This document shows, piece after piece, positions 37,715-46,587 of a DNA stretch of 64,000 nt (position 1 is its first letter; each line of letters starts with the position of its first letter). The stretch spans positions 62,001 to 126,000 of the IMG/VR virus record IMGVR_UViG_3300023184_000024. One strand, given 5' to 3'. A model generated the notes under the pieces. That model was not told where the DNA came from. It made no database searches and saw nothing but the letters and a program-made list of their open reading frames with translations. A program made the translations under genes and the position numbers.

Positions 37715-39161
37715 TCTCACAGAAAAAAACAGATACAATGAAAAAACTGCTTACATTTGCGGCAACACTGAATTAACGTTTGCTGACGTTTACATTCGCA
37801 GTCGGGCTGCCGCAACTTACCTAGCTGAGCTGGGTGTAGTTTCCAGAGAAAAAGTTTTATTTGTAATGGAAGACTGCCTTGAATGGCCGTTGTTTTTCCA
37901 CGGGTGTGTTATGATAGGAGCAATACCAGTTGTGCTGAGTCCCAAGACTGACATTGACATGCTACAAAGAATTTGCGATGTCACTGGTGCAAAAAATATC
38001 ATAACAAACCACAACTTATCAACTTTGCTCGATAACCCAAACTTGGTCATCATTGAACCCAATGACAACTACAAATCATCCGATCCCTACACAAATTTCT
38101 ATGACTTCAGACCCACCGACGATGTTGTTTATTTCTCAACGTCAGGTACTACCGGATATCCAAAACTGGTAATGCATTGTCACCAGGTGGTCGAAAACTT
38201 TACCACTTCTGCATTTCCCTGGCACATAACTGACCATAGCATTGTTTGTTGTGGTGCAAAAATGTCATTTGGCTTTGGGTGGATTGTACAAGTTCTCGGT
38301 TGTCTTGTTTTTCAATCGACTCATATAATATTACCTTCTGATTTTGATTTAAGAAAAATTCCCAACAACATCAACGAACATTCTGCAACTCATTTGTTTA
38401 CAAACCCAACTGTGTTGCAAATGATGCTTAAGTTTGACCATGTGGTTTTAGGAAACCATTTAGAATATATATGGTGCGGTGGCGAGCCGTTGCCTCAGTC
38501 TGTGATACGAGCCTGCATAGAAAAGTTCAACAGGTACCCTGGCGACACCTACGGTCTCAGCGAGTCACCATGTAGCACTATTTTAAACGATCCAAACAAC
38601 TATCGCATAGGTTCAATTGGAAAACCAGCACTGGGAGTAGAATGTCGCATAGTAGATGATGAGTACAACGACTGCGAAATTAACACGCCCGGTAGACTAT
38701 TGATCAAGTCAAATTTATTGTCAACTGGCTACTACAATGACCAATTCAATACCGAAAAAACATTCCAGGACAACTGGTTACACACCAACGATGTTGTGTA
38801 CAAAGATCAAGATGAATATTTTTACTTTGTAGGAAGATTGGACCAATATGTTAAAATTCGTGGACGTTTTGTAAGTGCTCTAGAAATTGAAAACATACTG
38901 TTGGGATACTCAGACATACTTGAGGCCAGTGTCACTTTTGCCAAAAAAGGTGCCGATGACTTCATGGAAGCATTTGCTTTTGTGGTAATAGAAAACCCCA
39001 AGATAAGCATCACTGATATACGAGCAAGATTAACGTCTGAACGATACCCTAGTCATTTGATTCCTAGGAACATTTTTATAACAAATACCTTGCCAAAAAC
39101 GGTTACTAATAAAAAAATACGGGTGTTTTCAACACTGATGGATTGGAAAAATACCGGTTGA
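37695..39161 (+). CDS. ANL-superfamily acyl-adenylating enzyme (benzoate-CoA-ligase-like)
   Basis: FSTSGTTGYPK (A3), YGLSE (A5), HTND..YFYFVGRLD..KIRG (A7/A8), LPKTVTNKK (A10). Confidence 0.88.
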   Translation: MNNVSNSLTEKNRYNEKTAYICGNTELTFADVYIRSRAAATYLAELGVVSREKVLFVMEDCLEWPLFFHGCVMIGAIPVVLSPKTDIDMLQRICDVTGAKNIITNHNLSTLLDNPNLVIIEPNDNYKSSDPYTNFYDFRPTDDVVYFSTSGTTGYPKLVMHCHQVVENFTTSAFPWHITDHSIVCCGAKMSFGFGWIVQVLGCLVFQSTHIILPSDFDLRKIPNNINEHSATHLFTNPTVLQMMLKFDHVVLGNHLEYIWCGGEPLPQSVIRACIEKFNRYPGDTYGLSESPCSTILNDPNNYRIGSIGKPALGVECRIVDDEYNDCEINTPGRLLIKSNLLSTGYYNDQFNTEKTFQDNWLHTNDVVYKDQDEYFYFVGRLDQYVKIRGRFVSALEIENILLGYSDILEASVTFAKKGADDFMEAFAFVVIENPKISITDIRARLTSERYPSHLIPRNIFITNTLPKTVTNKKIRVFSTLMDWKNTG

Positions 39162-39186
39162 CACCAAATTCTATTACTGCTATACT
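39158..39186 (+). promoter_or_regulatory. sigma70-type promoter
   Basis: GGTTGACA-N17-TATACT upstream of the S8 protease gene. Confidence 0.75.
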
Positions 39187-39211
39187 AACAGTTCTTTAAT
39201 TAGGAGTCTAC

Positions 39212-41173
39212 ATGAAAGTAAAACCTTTAGCACTAGCCATTACACAGCTATTGTCCTATCCAGTATTTGCACAATCGTTTATGGGCACACCCACTCCGGT
39301 GTTTAGTACCAACCCAAATCAATGGTTAAACAGCACAACAATTAATAAAGCCAACGAAACAATCAAGGCAAACTATGCTTGGAGTCGCGGATGGACCGGC
39401 AAAGGCAGTACCATTCTAATCATGGACACCGGTATCGATGTCAACAATGTTGACTTTGCCGGCAAAATCAAATATCAACTTGATATCAGCAAAACTGGTA
39501 TCCAGGACACTGTCGGGCACGGTACTCACACTGCTGGAATTGCTGCCGCGGCCTTCAACAATGTTGGTATCACCGGCGTGGCCTTTGATGCCAATCTTGC
39601 CATTGCTAAATTAAGCAATACTTCCAATGTCACCAGCGGCCAAGCACTACAGGCCCTGAATTGGGCACGTCAATATTCGGATATAACTGTGGCCAACTTT
39701 AGTGCCAACACTGCATATTCGTCTGCATACACCAAAAGTGTGACACAGTTTGCACCAGGTGTTTATTCCAGTAGCGACAAAAACTACGGTGGCGTCAACT
39801 ATTATAATTTAGAGAAACCTGAATCTTGGGCGTCAGCACTGAGCCCAAACATGGTTCTCACCGTCAGTGCTGGTAACTCTGCAAATCCATATCCACAGAA
39901 TCCAGCTACATTTGCCGCGGCCACTGACCGGTCGGGAAAATTAGTGTTGAACGGCCAAATGATAATTGTGGGCAATTGGAATACACTAGCAGGACGGGTA
40001 GAAGGTGCACAGGCAGGACACGTCTGCAAAAACATTGTCGGTACAACTTGCAAAGACACATTCCGAACTTCCGACTTTTATATTTTAGCACCAGGCATGT
40101 CTGTAGTCAGCGATGCCATTGGCGGCGGAGTTAAAGCAATGAGCGGAACCAGTCAGGCCGCACCACAGGTTGCAGGAGCAGTGGCAGTTATTGGCCAAAT
40201 GTGGCCATACATGACTCCTGCCAATCAAGTTCAGTTGTTGCTAAAAACAGCCAACAAGAACTTGCCTAACTACAATGTCAATGTCATGGGACAAGGTTTA
40301 CTAGATCTCGAAGCCGCAACAAGGCCGGTTGGTCCATTGGGGATTTCAATGACTGGGCGTACTGGCGTTGTTGTTCCTATTTCCGGGGCAATTGCACTCA
40401 GCAATACCGGCACACAAACAGTGTCTAAATTAAGTTCAATTTCAGCAGTTGATTCGTTTCAAAGAGATTTCACTGTGAATTTATCACCAATGGTGGTAAA
40501 GAATTCGCTGATGGCTGATTCCATTACCATGGATGCAGACCCAGGATTCAGCTGGAGTGGACGGTGGACTGGATTGGTAGCTGGACAAAATCAGTCTGCG
40601 CCACTATCGGGCGTTCAATCTTCCAATGGCGACAGCACTGTCACCATCGACTCGAAAGCCTTTGACCCCAAAGCTGAAAGGTCGCATCAACTCACATTGA
40701 CCAACAGCAAATTCAATCCTTTTGTAAACTTTTCTGGAGCATGGGGACAAACAACTGGATCTACCACTTTAGAATACAGCATGTCACAACAGTTTGATTC
40801 TGGGTGGTGGGCACAAGTTGGTGCAATGCAAACATCAGTAAATCACACCGCAGGCTTGGTTAGTAGTGTAACTCCTGTTAGTGCGCTACATGCTGTGGGT
40901 GGCCGACAAATTGGAGATTTAAATGTGTTTGCTGGCATTAAGCCTACAGTGGTGCACGGCTATGTAAATATGCTGGCACCAACCAGTGTAGATGCCGATG
41001 GTGTTATGTCTTATACTCAAATTAAAAATAATCTAGCAGGCTCTGCAACTGTGGGCTATGCTGGATTTAAATGGACGCATAGTGTCAGTCGAGAAGGTAA
41101 GTTGACTTTCCGAGGACAGGTAGCACAAGACGGTAGTGCCAATGCCAAACTATATTACATACATCAACTATGA
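39212..41173 (+). CDS. Secreted subtilisin (S8) serine protease with beta-rich C-terminal domain (autotransporter-like)
   Basis: Signal peptide MKVKPLALA...VFA; triad IMDTGID, GHGTH, SGTSQAAP; VSAGN oxyanion residue. Confidence 0.9.
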   Translation: MKVKPLALAITQLLSYPVFAQSFMGTPTPVFSTNPNQWLNSTTINKANETIKANYAWSRGWTGKGSTILIMDTGIDVNNVDFAGKIKYQLDISKTGIQDTVGHGTHTAGIAAAAFNNVGITGVAFDANLAIAKLSNTSNVTSGQALQALNWARQYSDITVANFSANTAYSSAYTKSVTQFAPGVYSSSDKNYGGVNYYNLEKPESWASALSPNMVLTVSAGNSANPYPQNPATFAAATDRSGKLVLNGQMIIVGNWNTLAGRVEGAQAGHVCKNIVGTTCKDTFRTSDFYILAPGMSVVSDAIGGGVKAMSGTSQAAPQVAGAVAVIGQMWPYMTPANQVQLLLKTANKNLPNYNVNVMGQGLLDLEAATRPVGPLGISMTGRTGVVVPISGAIALSNTGTQTVSKLSSISAVDSFQRDFTVNLSPMVVKNSLMADSITMDADPGFSWSGRWTGLVAGQNQSAPLSGVQSSNGDSTVTIDSKAFDPKAERSHQLTLTNSKFNPFVNFSGAWGQTTGSTTLEYSMSQQFDSGWWAQVGAMQTSVNHTAGLVSSVTPVSALHAVGGRQIGDLNVFAGIKPTVVHGYVNMLAPTSVDADGVMSYTQIKNNLAGSATVGYAGFKWTHSVSREGKLTFRGQVAQDGSANAKLYYIHQL

Positions 41174-41580
41174 CCTACAACATAATCACAGATCTCGAAC
41201 AAGCACAAGAAAACAAAATTGCGCCATGGGATGATCTCAACGAGGATCTCACAGATTATCACGTAGCTGTATTCCGAGACCGATTTCCGGTTACCAATGG
41301 ACACTTGTTGTTCGTGCCTAAATACAATGTTCATGCCGTGATCATGGATTGTTTTGAAATGGCTCTTAAAAAAGGGCAGGACATGGTAGCACAAGGTGAA
41401 TGTGATGCGTTCAATGTTGGTATCAACATGGGCCAGGCTGCTGGTCAGACTGTGATGTATCCACATGTGCATTTAATTCCTAGACGGGTAGGCGATTGTG
41501 CAGATCCTGTAGGCGGTGTGCGTGGCGTAGTTTCTGGTCAAGCGAACTACAAAACCCACAGTTACCAGGAACCAAAATGA
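41170..41580 (+). CDS. HIT family hydrolase
   Basis: FPVTNGHLLFVP; GQTVMYPHVHLIPR histidine triad. Confidence 0.92.
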   Translation: MTYNIITDLEQAQENKIAPWDDLNEDLTDYHVAVFRDRFPVTNGHLLFVPKYNVHAVIMDCFEMALKKGQDMVAQGECDAFNVGINMGQAAGQTVMYPHVHLIPRRVGDCADPVGGVRGVVSGQANYKTHSYQEPK

Positions 41581-41693
41581 TTATAATAACAAACTATACC
41601 AGAGATATTCAACTGCCATATGAAGAAGGATTACTGGAATGGCTACAGCAACAGTATCCTGCTTCTAAATATCAGTTAGTCGAATTAGAATAA
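41577..41693 (+). CDS. 38-aa hypothetical protein
   Basis: ATGA overlap with the HIT stop; MIIITNYTRDIQLPY... Confidence 0.5.
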   Translation: MIIITNYTRDIQLPYEEGLLEWLQQQYPASKYQLVELE

Positions 41694-41703
41694 ATATTCT
41701 TTT

Positions 41704-41768
41704 AAGCGGTCTTTGGCTTCATCCCGCTTTACAAACTCTGCCAGCCTATGCTACAATTAACATAGGAG
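41704..41768 (+). ncRNA. Candidate riboswitch-like leader of queD (H-type pseudoknot plus SD-sequestering hairpin)
   Basis: AAGCGG(41704)/CCGCTT(41729); loop TGGC(41714)/GCCA(41743); CCTATG(41745)/CATAGG(41766) overlaps SD AGGAG. Confidence 0.5.
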
Positions 41769-41775
41769 AAACAGC

Positions 41776-42327
41776 ATGCAATCATCAACACAAGAATTAA
41801 TCAACCACATGGAAGATAACTTCTCAAACACTAGACCGGTAGTTTACAAATATACTAGTACCAAAGAGTATCACGACGCATTTCCATGTGCGTACAGACA
41901 ATGGAGGGCCGACAGTCATTGTAACTTGATACACGGTTATTCGTTTAGTATGAAATTTTACTTTGGCACCAACGACCTAGATGTTCGCAACTGGGCGGCC
42001 GACTATGGTGGTTTAAAAGAACTAAAAAAGACACTAGAAGATCAATTTGACCACACTCTAATTGTGGCACAAGATGATCCAGAGATGGCAACATACAACT
42101 TGTTGGTAGAGAAAAAAATGGCCAAGGTAGTTGTACTGCCTAAATTGGGATGTGAAGGCTTGAGTGACATGCTGTACAAGTATGTGAATGGTGTTTACAT
42201 TCCAGAGATGTGGGGACCAGGAGAGGCTGCTAGACTTTGGTGTTATCGTGTGGAAGTGCGCGAAACGCAAGCAAACATGGCTTTCCGTGAAGGTCACCGC
42301 GAGTGGAATGAAGACCTATTTGCATAA
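41776..42327 (+). CDS. queD: 6-carboxy-5,6,7,8-tetrahydropterin synthase
   Basis: SHCNLIHGYS (CxxxHG), LEDQFDHTLI, GCEGL, EVRETQAN. Confidence 0.88.
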   Translation: MQSSTQELINHMEDNFSNTRPVVYKYTSTKEYHDAFPCAYRQWRADSHCNLIHGYSFSMKFYFGTNDLDVRNWAADYGGLKELKKTLEDQFDHTLIVAQDDPEMATYNLLVEKKMAKVVVLPKLGCEGLSDMLYKYVNGVYIPEMWGPGEAARLWCYRVEVRETQANMAFREGHREWNEDLFA

Positions 42328-42354
42328 TACTTAATTTAATAAAGGAAACATAAC

Positions 42355-42873
42355 ATGAAAAATATACCCAACGTAACATTTGCCTTCCGCGAAGGCGACG
42401 AAACTCCCAAAGATGGCGGCTGCCCAATCGGAGGAGAATTTGTTTTTAAAACCACAGCAGATTTGTTTGCCAACAAACGTGTGGTAGTGTTCAGCTTGCC
42501 AGGTGCATTCACACCAACTTGCAGTACCTACCAATTGCCAGGATTTGAGCAACAGTATGCTGAGTTCAAAGCCAAAGGCATTGATGAAATTTACTGCATC
42601 AGTGTCAACGACGCATTTGTCATGAATGCTTGGGCACAAGCATTAAACATCAAAAATGTCAAAGTCATTCCTGACGGTGCGGCTGGATTTACATCAGGCA
42701 TGAACATGCTGGTTGATCTGAGTGCTATTGGATTTGCCTGGCGCAGTCGACGTTATGCGGCCATTATCAACAACGGTGTGGTGGAACACATGTTCGAGGA
42801 ACCAGCATCAAGTGACAACGACCCTGATCCATACGGCGTTTCCAGTCCTGAGAATGTGATGAAGCATCTGTAA
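42355..42873 (+). CDS. Peroxiredoxin (Prx5-like redoxin)
   Basis: SLPGAFTPTCS, SVNDAFVM, RSRRYA. Confidence 0.93.
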   Translation: MKNIPNVTFAFREGDETPKDGGCPIGGEFVFKTTADLFANKRVVVFSLPGAFTPTCSTYQLPGFEQQYAEFKAKGIDEIYCISVNDAFVMNAWAQALNIKNVKVIPDGAAGFTSGMNMLVDLSAIGFAWRSRRYAAIINNGVVEHMFEEPASSDNDPDPYGVSSPENVMKHL

Positions 42874-42881
42874 GAAAAATT

Positions 42882-43247
42882 ATGTTTAGTGTTTTAAAGT
42901 TTATATACATACTGTTTAAGGCTTTTAGAGACGGAATCAATCCCAATCTTAACAGTCTACGTTATGCGCCAACTTATGTAAAATATCTAACTAGCATTTT
43001 GTTGGCCTGTTTCTGGTGTTTGGCTTTTGGAATTTACATTGGTGAATTACTGACCATTGGTTATAACATGATTGGACACATTGCTCTCATCAGCATGGCC
43101 TTTGCCACAGGTATTGTCATGCAGGTGTTTAAACGCACATACGGCCCTAGACAGGGCTCAGTGGATTATTTACGTATGCCTGACAGAAGCAGCCGGTGCG
43201 ATGAACTTACAGATGAACAGCGCAGAGAATTGGCCACAAGAATATGA
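42882..43247 (+). CDS. Small membrane protein
   Basis: Two hydrophobic segments. Confidence 0.6.
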   Translation: MFSVLKFIYILFKAFRDGINPNLNSLRYAPTYVKYLTSILLACFWCLAFGIYIGELLTIGYNMIGHIALISMAFATGIVMQVFKRTYGPRQGSVDYLRMPDRSSRCDELTDEQRRELATRI

Positions 43248-43408
43248 ACGATTTAAAATTTACCACAGCCGGCGAATACATGACAGATGACAAGTGTGAC
43301 GGTACTTGCATCATAAATGCAGAAGATGAATGCTGGTGTGGTCGCAAGTGGGACGGAGAGAAAATGTGTGCATCAATGGCAGATGACAATGTGTACTACG
43401 GAGCATAA
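43244..43408 (+). CDS. 54-aa Cys-containing hypothetical protein (below ORF-track cutoff)
   Basis: MNDLKFTTAGEY...CDGTC...CWCG; fills the gap with ATGA overlap. Confidence 0.55.
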   Translation: MNDLKFTTAGEYMTDDKCDGTCIINAEDECWCGRKWDGEKMCASMADDNVYYGA

Positions 43409-43410
43409 TC

Positions 43411-44061
43411 ATGTTAGAAACAATTTGCGATACATTAGTTGAAGCATATAGACGCAACTGGATTACCAGTCGTGATGGCAATGTCTCAATTCGTCATCAC
43501 GACCGTGATCACTTTTACATCACGCCCAGTGGTGTGCGTAAACAGACAATGCAACCGGATCAGTTTAAGAAGATTGGGATTGAACAAGGCTACTATGACC
43601 AACCTCCTAGACCATACTATTCTTGGAAAGAATTGGCATATACAGACATTAGTGAGAAGCTAAAACCTAGTGGAGAAATACCACTACACTTTGGATTACA
43701 ACGAGAAATGGGTCAACATAGAGACGATGTTAGAGTTGTAGTTCATTTACACCCCACTTACTGCATTGCCGCAATGCATGCCGGTATTGATTTAAGCACT
43801 ATCAGCAAAGCGTTTCCAGAACTTAATCGTTATACCAAGGTAGCACCCAATGTGGGAGATGTGCCACCTATCAGCCAAGAGCTTGCGGATCAATGCCATA
43901 AAAATCTTGGATTAGATAATGCAGGTAACATTGAGTATGATATAGTAGGTATCAAAGGTCACGGTGTTGTTGCCATTGACACAAGCCCATGGCGTGCATT
44001 TGAACACATTGAACGATTAGAACATATTTGTCAAATCGTATTAGCATCAGGTAAATTTTAA
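43411..44061 (+). CDS. Class II aldolase/adducin family protein
   Basis: SRDGNVS, YITPSG, PSGEIPLH, VVHLHP, IKGHGVVA. Confidence 0.88.
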   Translation: MLETICDTLVEAYRRNWITSRDGNVSIRHHDRDHFYITPSGVRKQTMQPDQFKKIGIEQGYYDQPPRPYYSWKELAYTDISEKLKPSGEIPLHFGLQREMGQHRDDVRVVVHLHPTYCIAAMHAGIDLSTISKAFPELNRYTKVAPNVGDVPPISQELADQCHKNLGLDNAGNIEYDIVGIKGHGVVAIDTSPWRAFEHIERLEHICQIVLASGKF

Positions 44062-44071
44062 GGAGAAAATT

Positions 44072-44761
44072 ATGTTTGGAACAACTTATACCGGTGGAAT
44101 TGCATATCGTTCTGCCAGCGAAATCAACTCAGCAATGGGCCGTGTCTATGGACATATGAGTCTTGCTGTTATTGTATCAATGATTGTTAGTTACTTTGTA
44201 GGCACTAGCCCAGAGTTATTAGCATTCTTTTTTACTGGCATGCTAAAGTGGATTGTGATCTTTGCACCATTGGTAGCAATCTTTGGTATCACTATTTTGC
44301 TAAACGCAAGTCCAACTAAACAGATGGCACAGTTATGCTTACACGGCTTCGCGGCGCTGATGGGACTGAGTTTTGCCACAATATTTGCTGTGTTCACTAT
44401 GGGCAGTATTGTGTCAGCATTTATGGGTGCGGCAATACTGTTTAGTGTTATGAGTGGCTATGGGTACTTTACCAAACAGAGCCTAGATAGTGTTGGTAAG
44501 TTTATGTTTGTGGGATTGATTGCTATCATCATTGCCAGCATTGTCAATATCTTTATTGGTAGCACAGTTATGCAAATGGTAATCAGTGCGTTGGCAATCA
44601 TCATCTTTCTTGGATTGACTGCATATGATACTCAAAAGATTCGAGAAGAAGTCAGCTTAGATACCAGCGATGTTGTGGAGATTCGCGGAGCACTAACACT
44701 TTACATGGATTTTATCAACCTGTTTATCAATCTCTTAAATCTGTTTGGTGATAGAAAATAA
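44072..44761 (+). CDS. Bax inhibitor-1/YccA family membrane protein
   Basis: Seven hydrophobic segments; GLTAYDTQKI and ALTLYMDFINLF. Confidence 0.9.
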   Translation: MFGTTYTGGIAYRSASEINSAMGRVYGHMSLAVIVSMIVSYFVGTSPELLAFFFTGMLKWIVIFAPLVAIFGITILLNASPTKQMAQLCLHGFAALMGLSFATIFAVFTMGSIVSAFMGAAILFSVMSGYGYFTKQSLDSVGKFMFVGLIAIIIASIVNIFIGSTVMQMVISALAIIIFLGLTAYDTQKIREEVSLDTSDVVEIRGALTLYMDFINLFINLLNLFGDRK

Positions 44762-44778
44762 TATATCACTGACAAAAT

Positions 44779-44970
44779 ATGAATAGTTTAGAAAAAATTT
44801 GGGCAAGAGCAACTGGTCATTTGATGGGGTCTTCGGATTCTGATAGACCAGACGTTCCTATTCTCACATTGAGAGAAGCCAGGATTGCACTGTTTTTAAA
44901 AACTTTCTGGGTCATACTACATGTAATAACATGTGGTTTTATCATAGCAAATGTGATACATAATTGGTAG
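44779..44970 (+). CDS. Small hypothetical membrane protein
   Basis: WARATGHLMG..D.D.PDVP pattern with a hydrophobic tail. Confidence 0.6.
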   Translation: MNSLEKIWARATGHLMGSSDSDRPDVPILTLREARIALFLKTFWVILHVITCGFIIANVIHNW

Positions 44971-44973
44971 AAG

Positions 44974-45783
44974 ATGACAAATACTAACATAACTTTATTA
45001 TTACCGACAAGAGGTCGGCCCGACGCACTGGATCGAAGCATTACTAGTTTACTTGACAATGCCGAGCACCCTGAGTCTATTCAATGGTTGTTGGCATTTG
45101 ACAACGATGACCGTGAGTCTTATCAACATTTCAAAGACAATGTTTTGAAAAAAATCAAAGATTCCGGCGGTACATACAGTTGCATGGAGTTTCCTCCACT
45201 GGGGTATGGTCGCTTGCACGAATATCTAAATGCACTTGCCAAACACGGCACCGGAGATTGGTTTGTGTTTTGGAATGATGATGCAGTCATGATAGACAAA
45301 GGTTGGGACACTGTTATTACCAGCCATACTGGGACATTTTGTGTGCAAGCATTTAATACACACAACATGCATCCTTACAGTATATTTCCTATTATTCCAA
45401 AAGAATGGTATGCGTTGTTGGGGCATCTTAGCCAACACTCGCTCAACGATGCTTGGATCAGTCAGATTGCTTGGATGTTAGATATCATGGTAAGAATTCC
45501 TGTCAAAGTAGAACATGACAGATTTGATCTCACAGGAAAGAACGAAGACGCTACTTATAAAAATAGAGAAGTGTTTGAAGGCAACCCCCGTGATCCTAGA
45601 GATTTTAATCATGTGTTGAATCGAAAAAAACGATATGATGAAGGTCAAATCATTGCAACCTATCTTGAATCCAAAGGGTTAGACATGACCCACTGGCACC
45701 AAATAAAGTCAGGAAAAAAAGATCCTTGGAGTAAAATGTTGGCCAGTGATGTCAACCATCAGATGGTAAGAGTTGAGCCTTAG
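44974..45783 (+). CDS. GT-A (family 2-like) glycosyltransferase
   Basis: LLLPTRGRP; FWNDDAVM DxD; FPIIPKEW; DAWISQ. Confidence 0.7.
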   Translation: MTNTNITLLLPTRGRPDALDRSITSLLDNAEHPESIQWLLAFDNDDRESYQHFKDNVLKKIKDSGGTYSCMEFPPLGYGRLHEYLNALAKHGTGDWFVFWNDDAVMIDKGWDTVITSHTGTFCVQAFNTHNMHPYSIFPIIPKEWYALLGHLSQHSLNDAWISQIAWMLDIMVRIPVKVEHDRFDLTGKNEDATYKNREVFEGNPRDPRDFNHVLNRKKRYDEGQIIATYLESKGLDMTHWHQIKSGKKDPWSKMLASDVNHQMVRVEP

Positions 45784-45794
45784 AAACACACGCA

Positions 45795-46541
45795 ATGATT
45801 GCAACAAACGAAGCGCAAGAGATACAGTTTCCGCAAAACGATAAAATATTAGATCAAGTAATTGATTCAATTCGGCATGAGAGAAAAGAGCACTTACAAG
45901 ATCCATATTATCTTGAATATAAACTACTTCCTAAACTAGGGTTAAGTGATCGATTGATACAACATTATCCAGATCATCTACATCAATATTGTGGGACAGG
46001 AGTTGATAGTTTGCAGTATCCCAATCAATTTTCAAAATATCTTGCACACTTGGCAACTAAAAAAATCAAGTCCTACGCAGAAATAGGTTGTTATAAAGGT
46101 GGTGCATTTATCATTGCTTGCGAATATCTAAGTAGATTTCACGAATTAGAAATGTGCATTGCCTGTGATCCGTGGCCCAGATACATCATGATGCAGTACG
46201 CCGAACGCAGGCCCAACGTGGTCTACATCACAGACAGCAGTCATAACCCAAAATTTAAAGATCTATACCTGTCTAGAAAATGGGATATGACGTTTATAGA
46301 TGGTAACCAATCCTATCAAAGTGTTGTGCAGGACTACAACATGGTGAGTTCTAATACAAAAATGTTTGCTGTAAATAATATAAAAAATGTATTTTATCCC
46401 GGACCTCAACAATGTTGGGATGAGATTAAAACCTTGCATAAAAAAGATCAACTCATTGAATGGACTGATCAATACGACGATGTGCTGTTGCGCATGCGTG
46501 GGTCAGTCATGGGAATTGGATTTGTAGAGCATTCTGGTTAA
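45795..46541 (+). CDS. Methyltransferase-like protein
   Basis: YAEIGCYKGG, ACDPWP, FIDGNQSY..V..DY. Confidence 0.65.
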   Translation: MIATNEAQEIQFPQNDKILDQVIDSIRHERKEHLQDPYYLEYKLLPKLGLSDRLIQHYPDHLHQYCGTGVDSLQYPNQFSKYLAHLATKKIKSYAEIGCYKGGAFIIACEYLSRFHELEMCIACDPWPRYIMMQYAERRPNVVYITDSSHNPKFKDLYLSRKWDMTFIDGNQSYQSVVQDYNMVSSNTKMFAVNNIKNVFYPGPQQCWDEIKTLHKKDQLIEWTDQYDDVLLRMRGSVMGIGFVEHSG

Positions 46542-46587
46542 ACATGTTAATTTAATCTATTGCTTTTTCTTTGTAAACCTGTTATAA

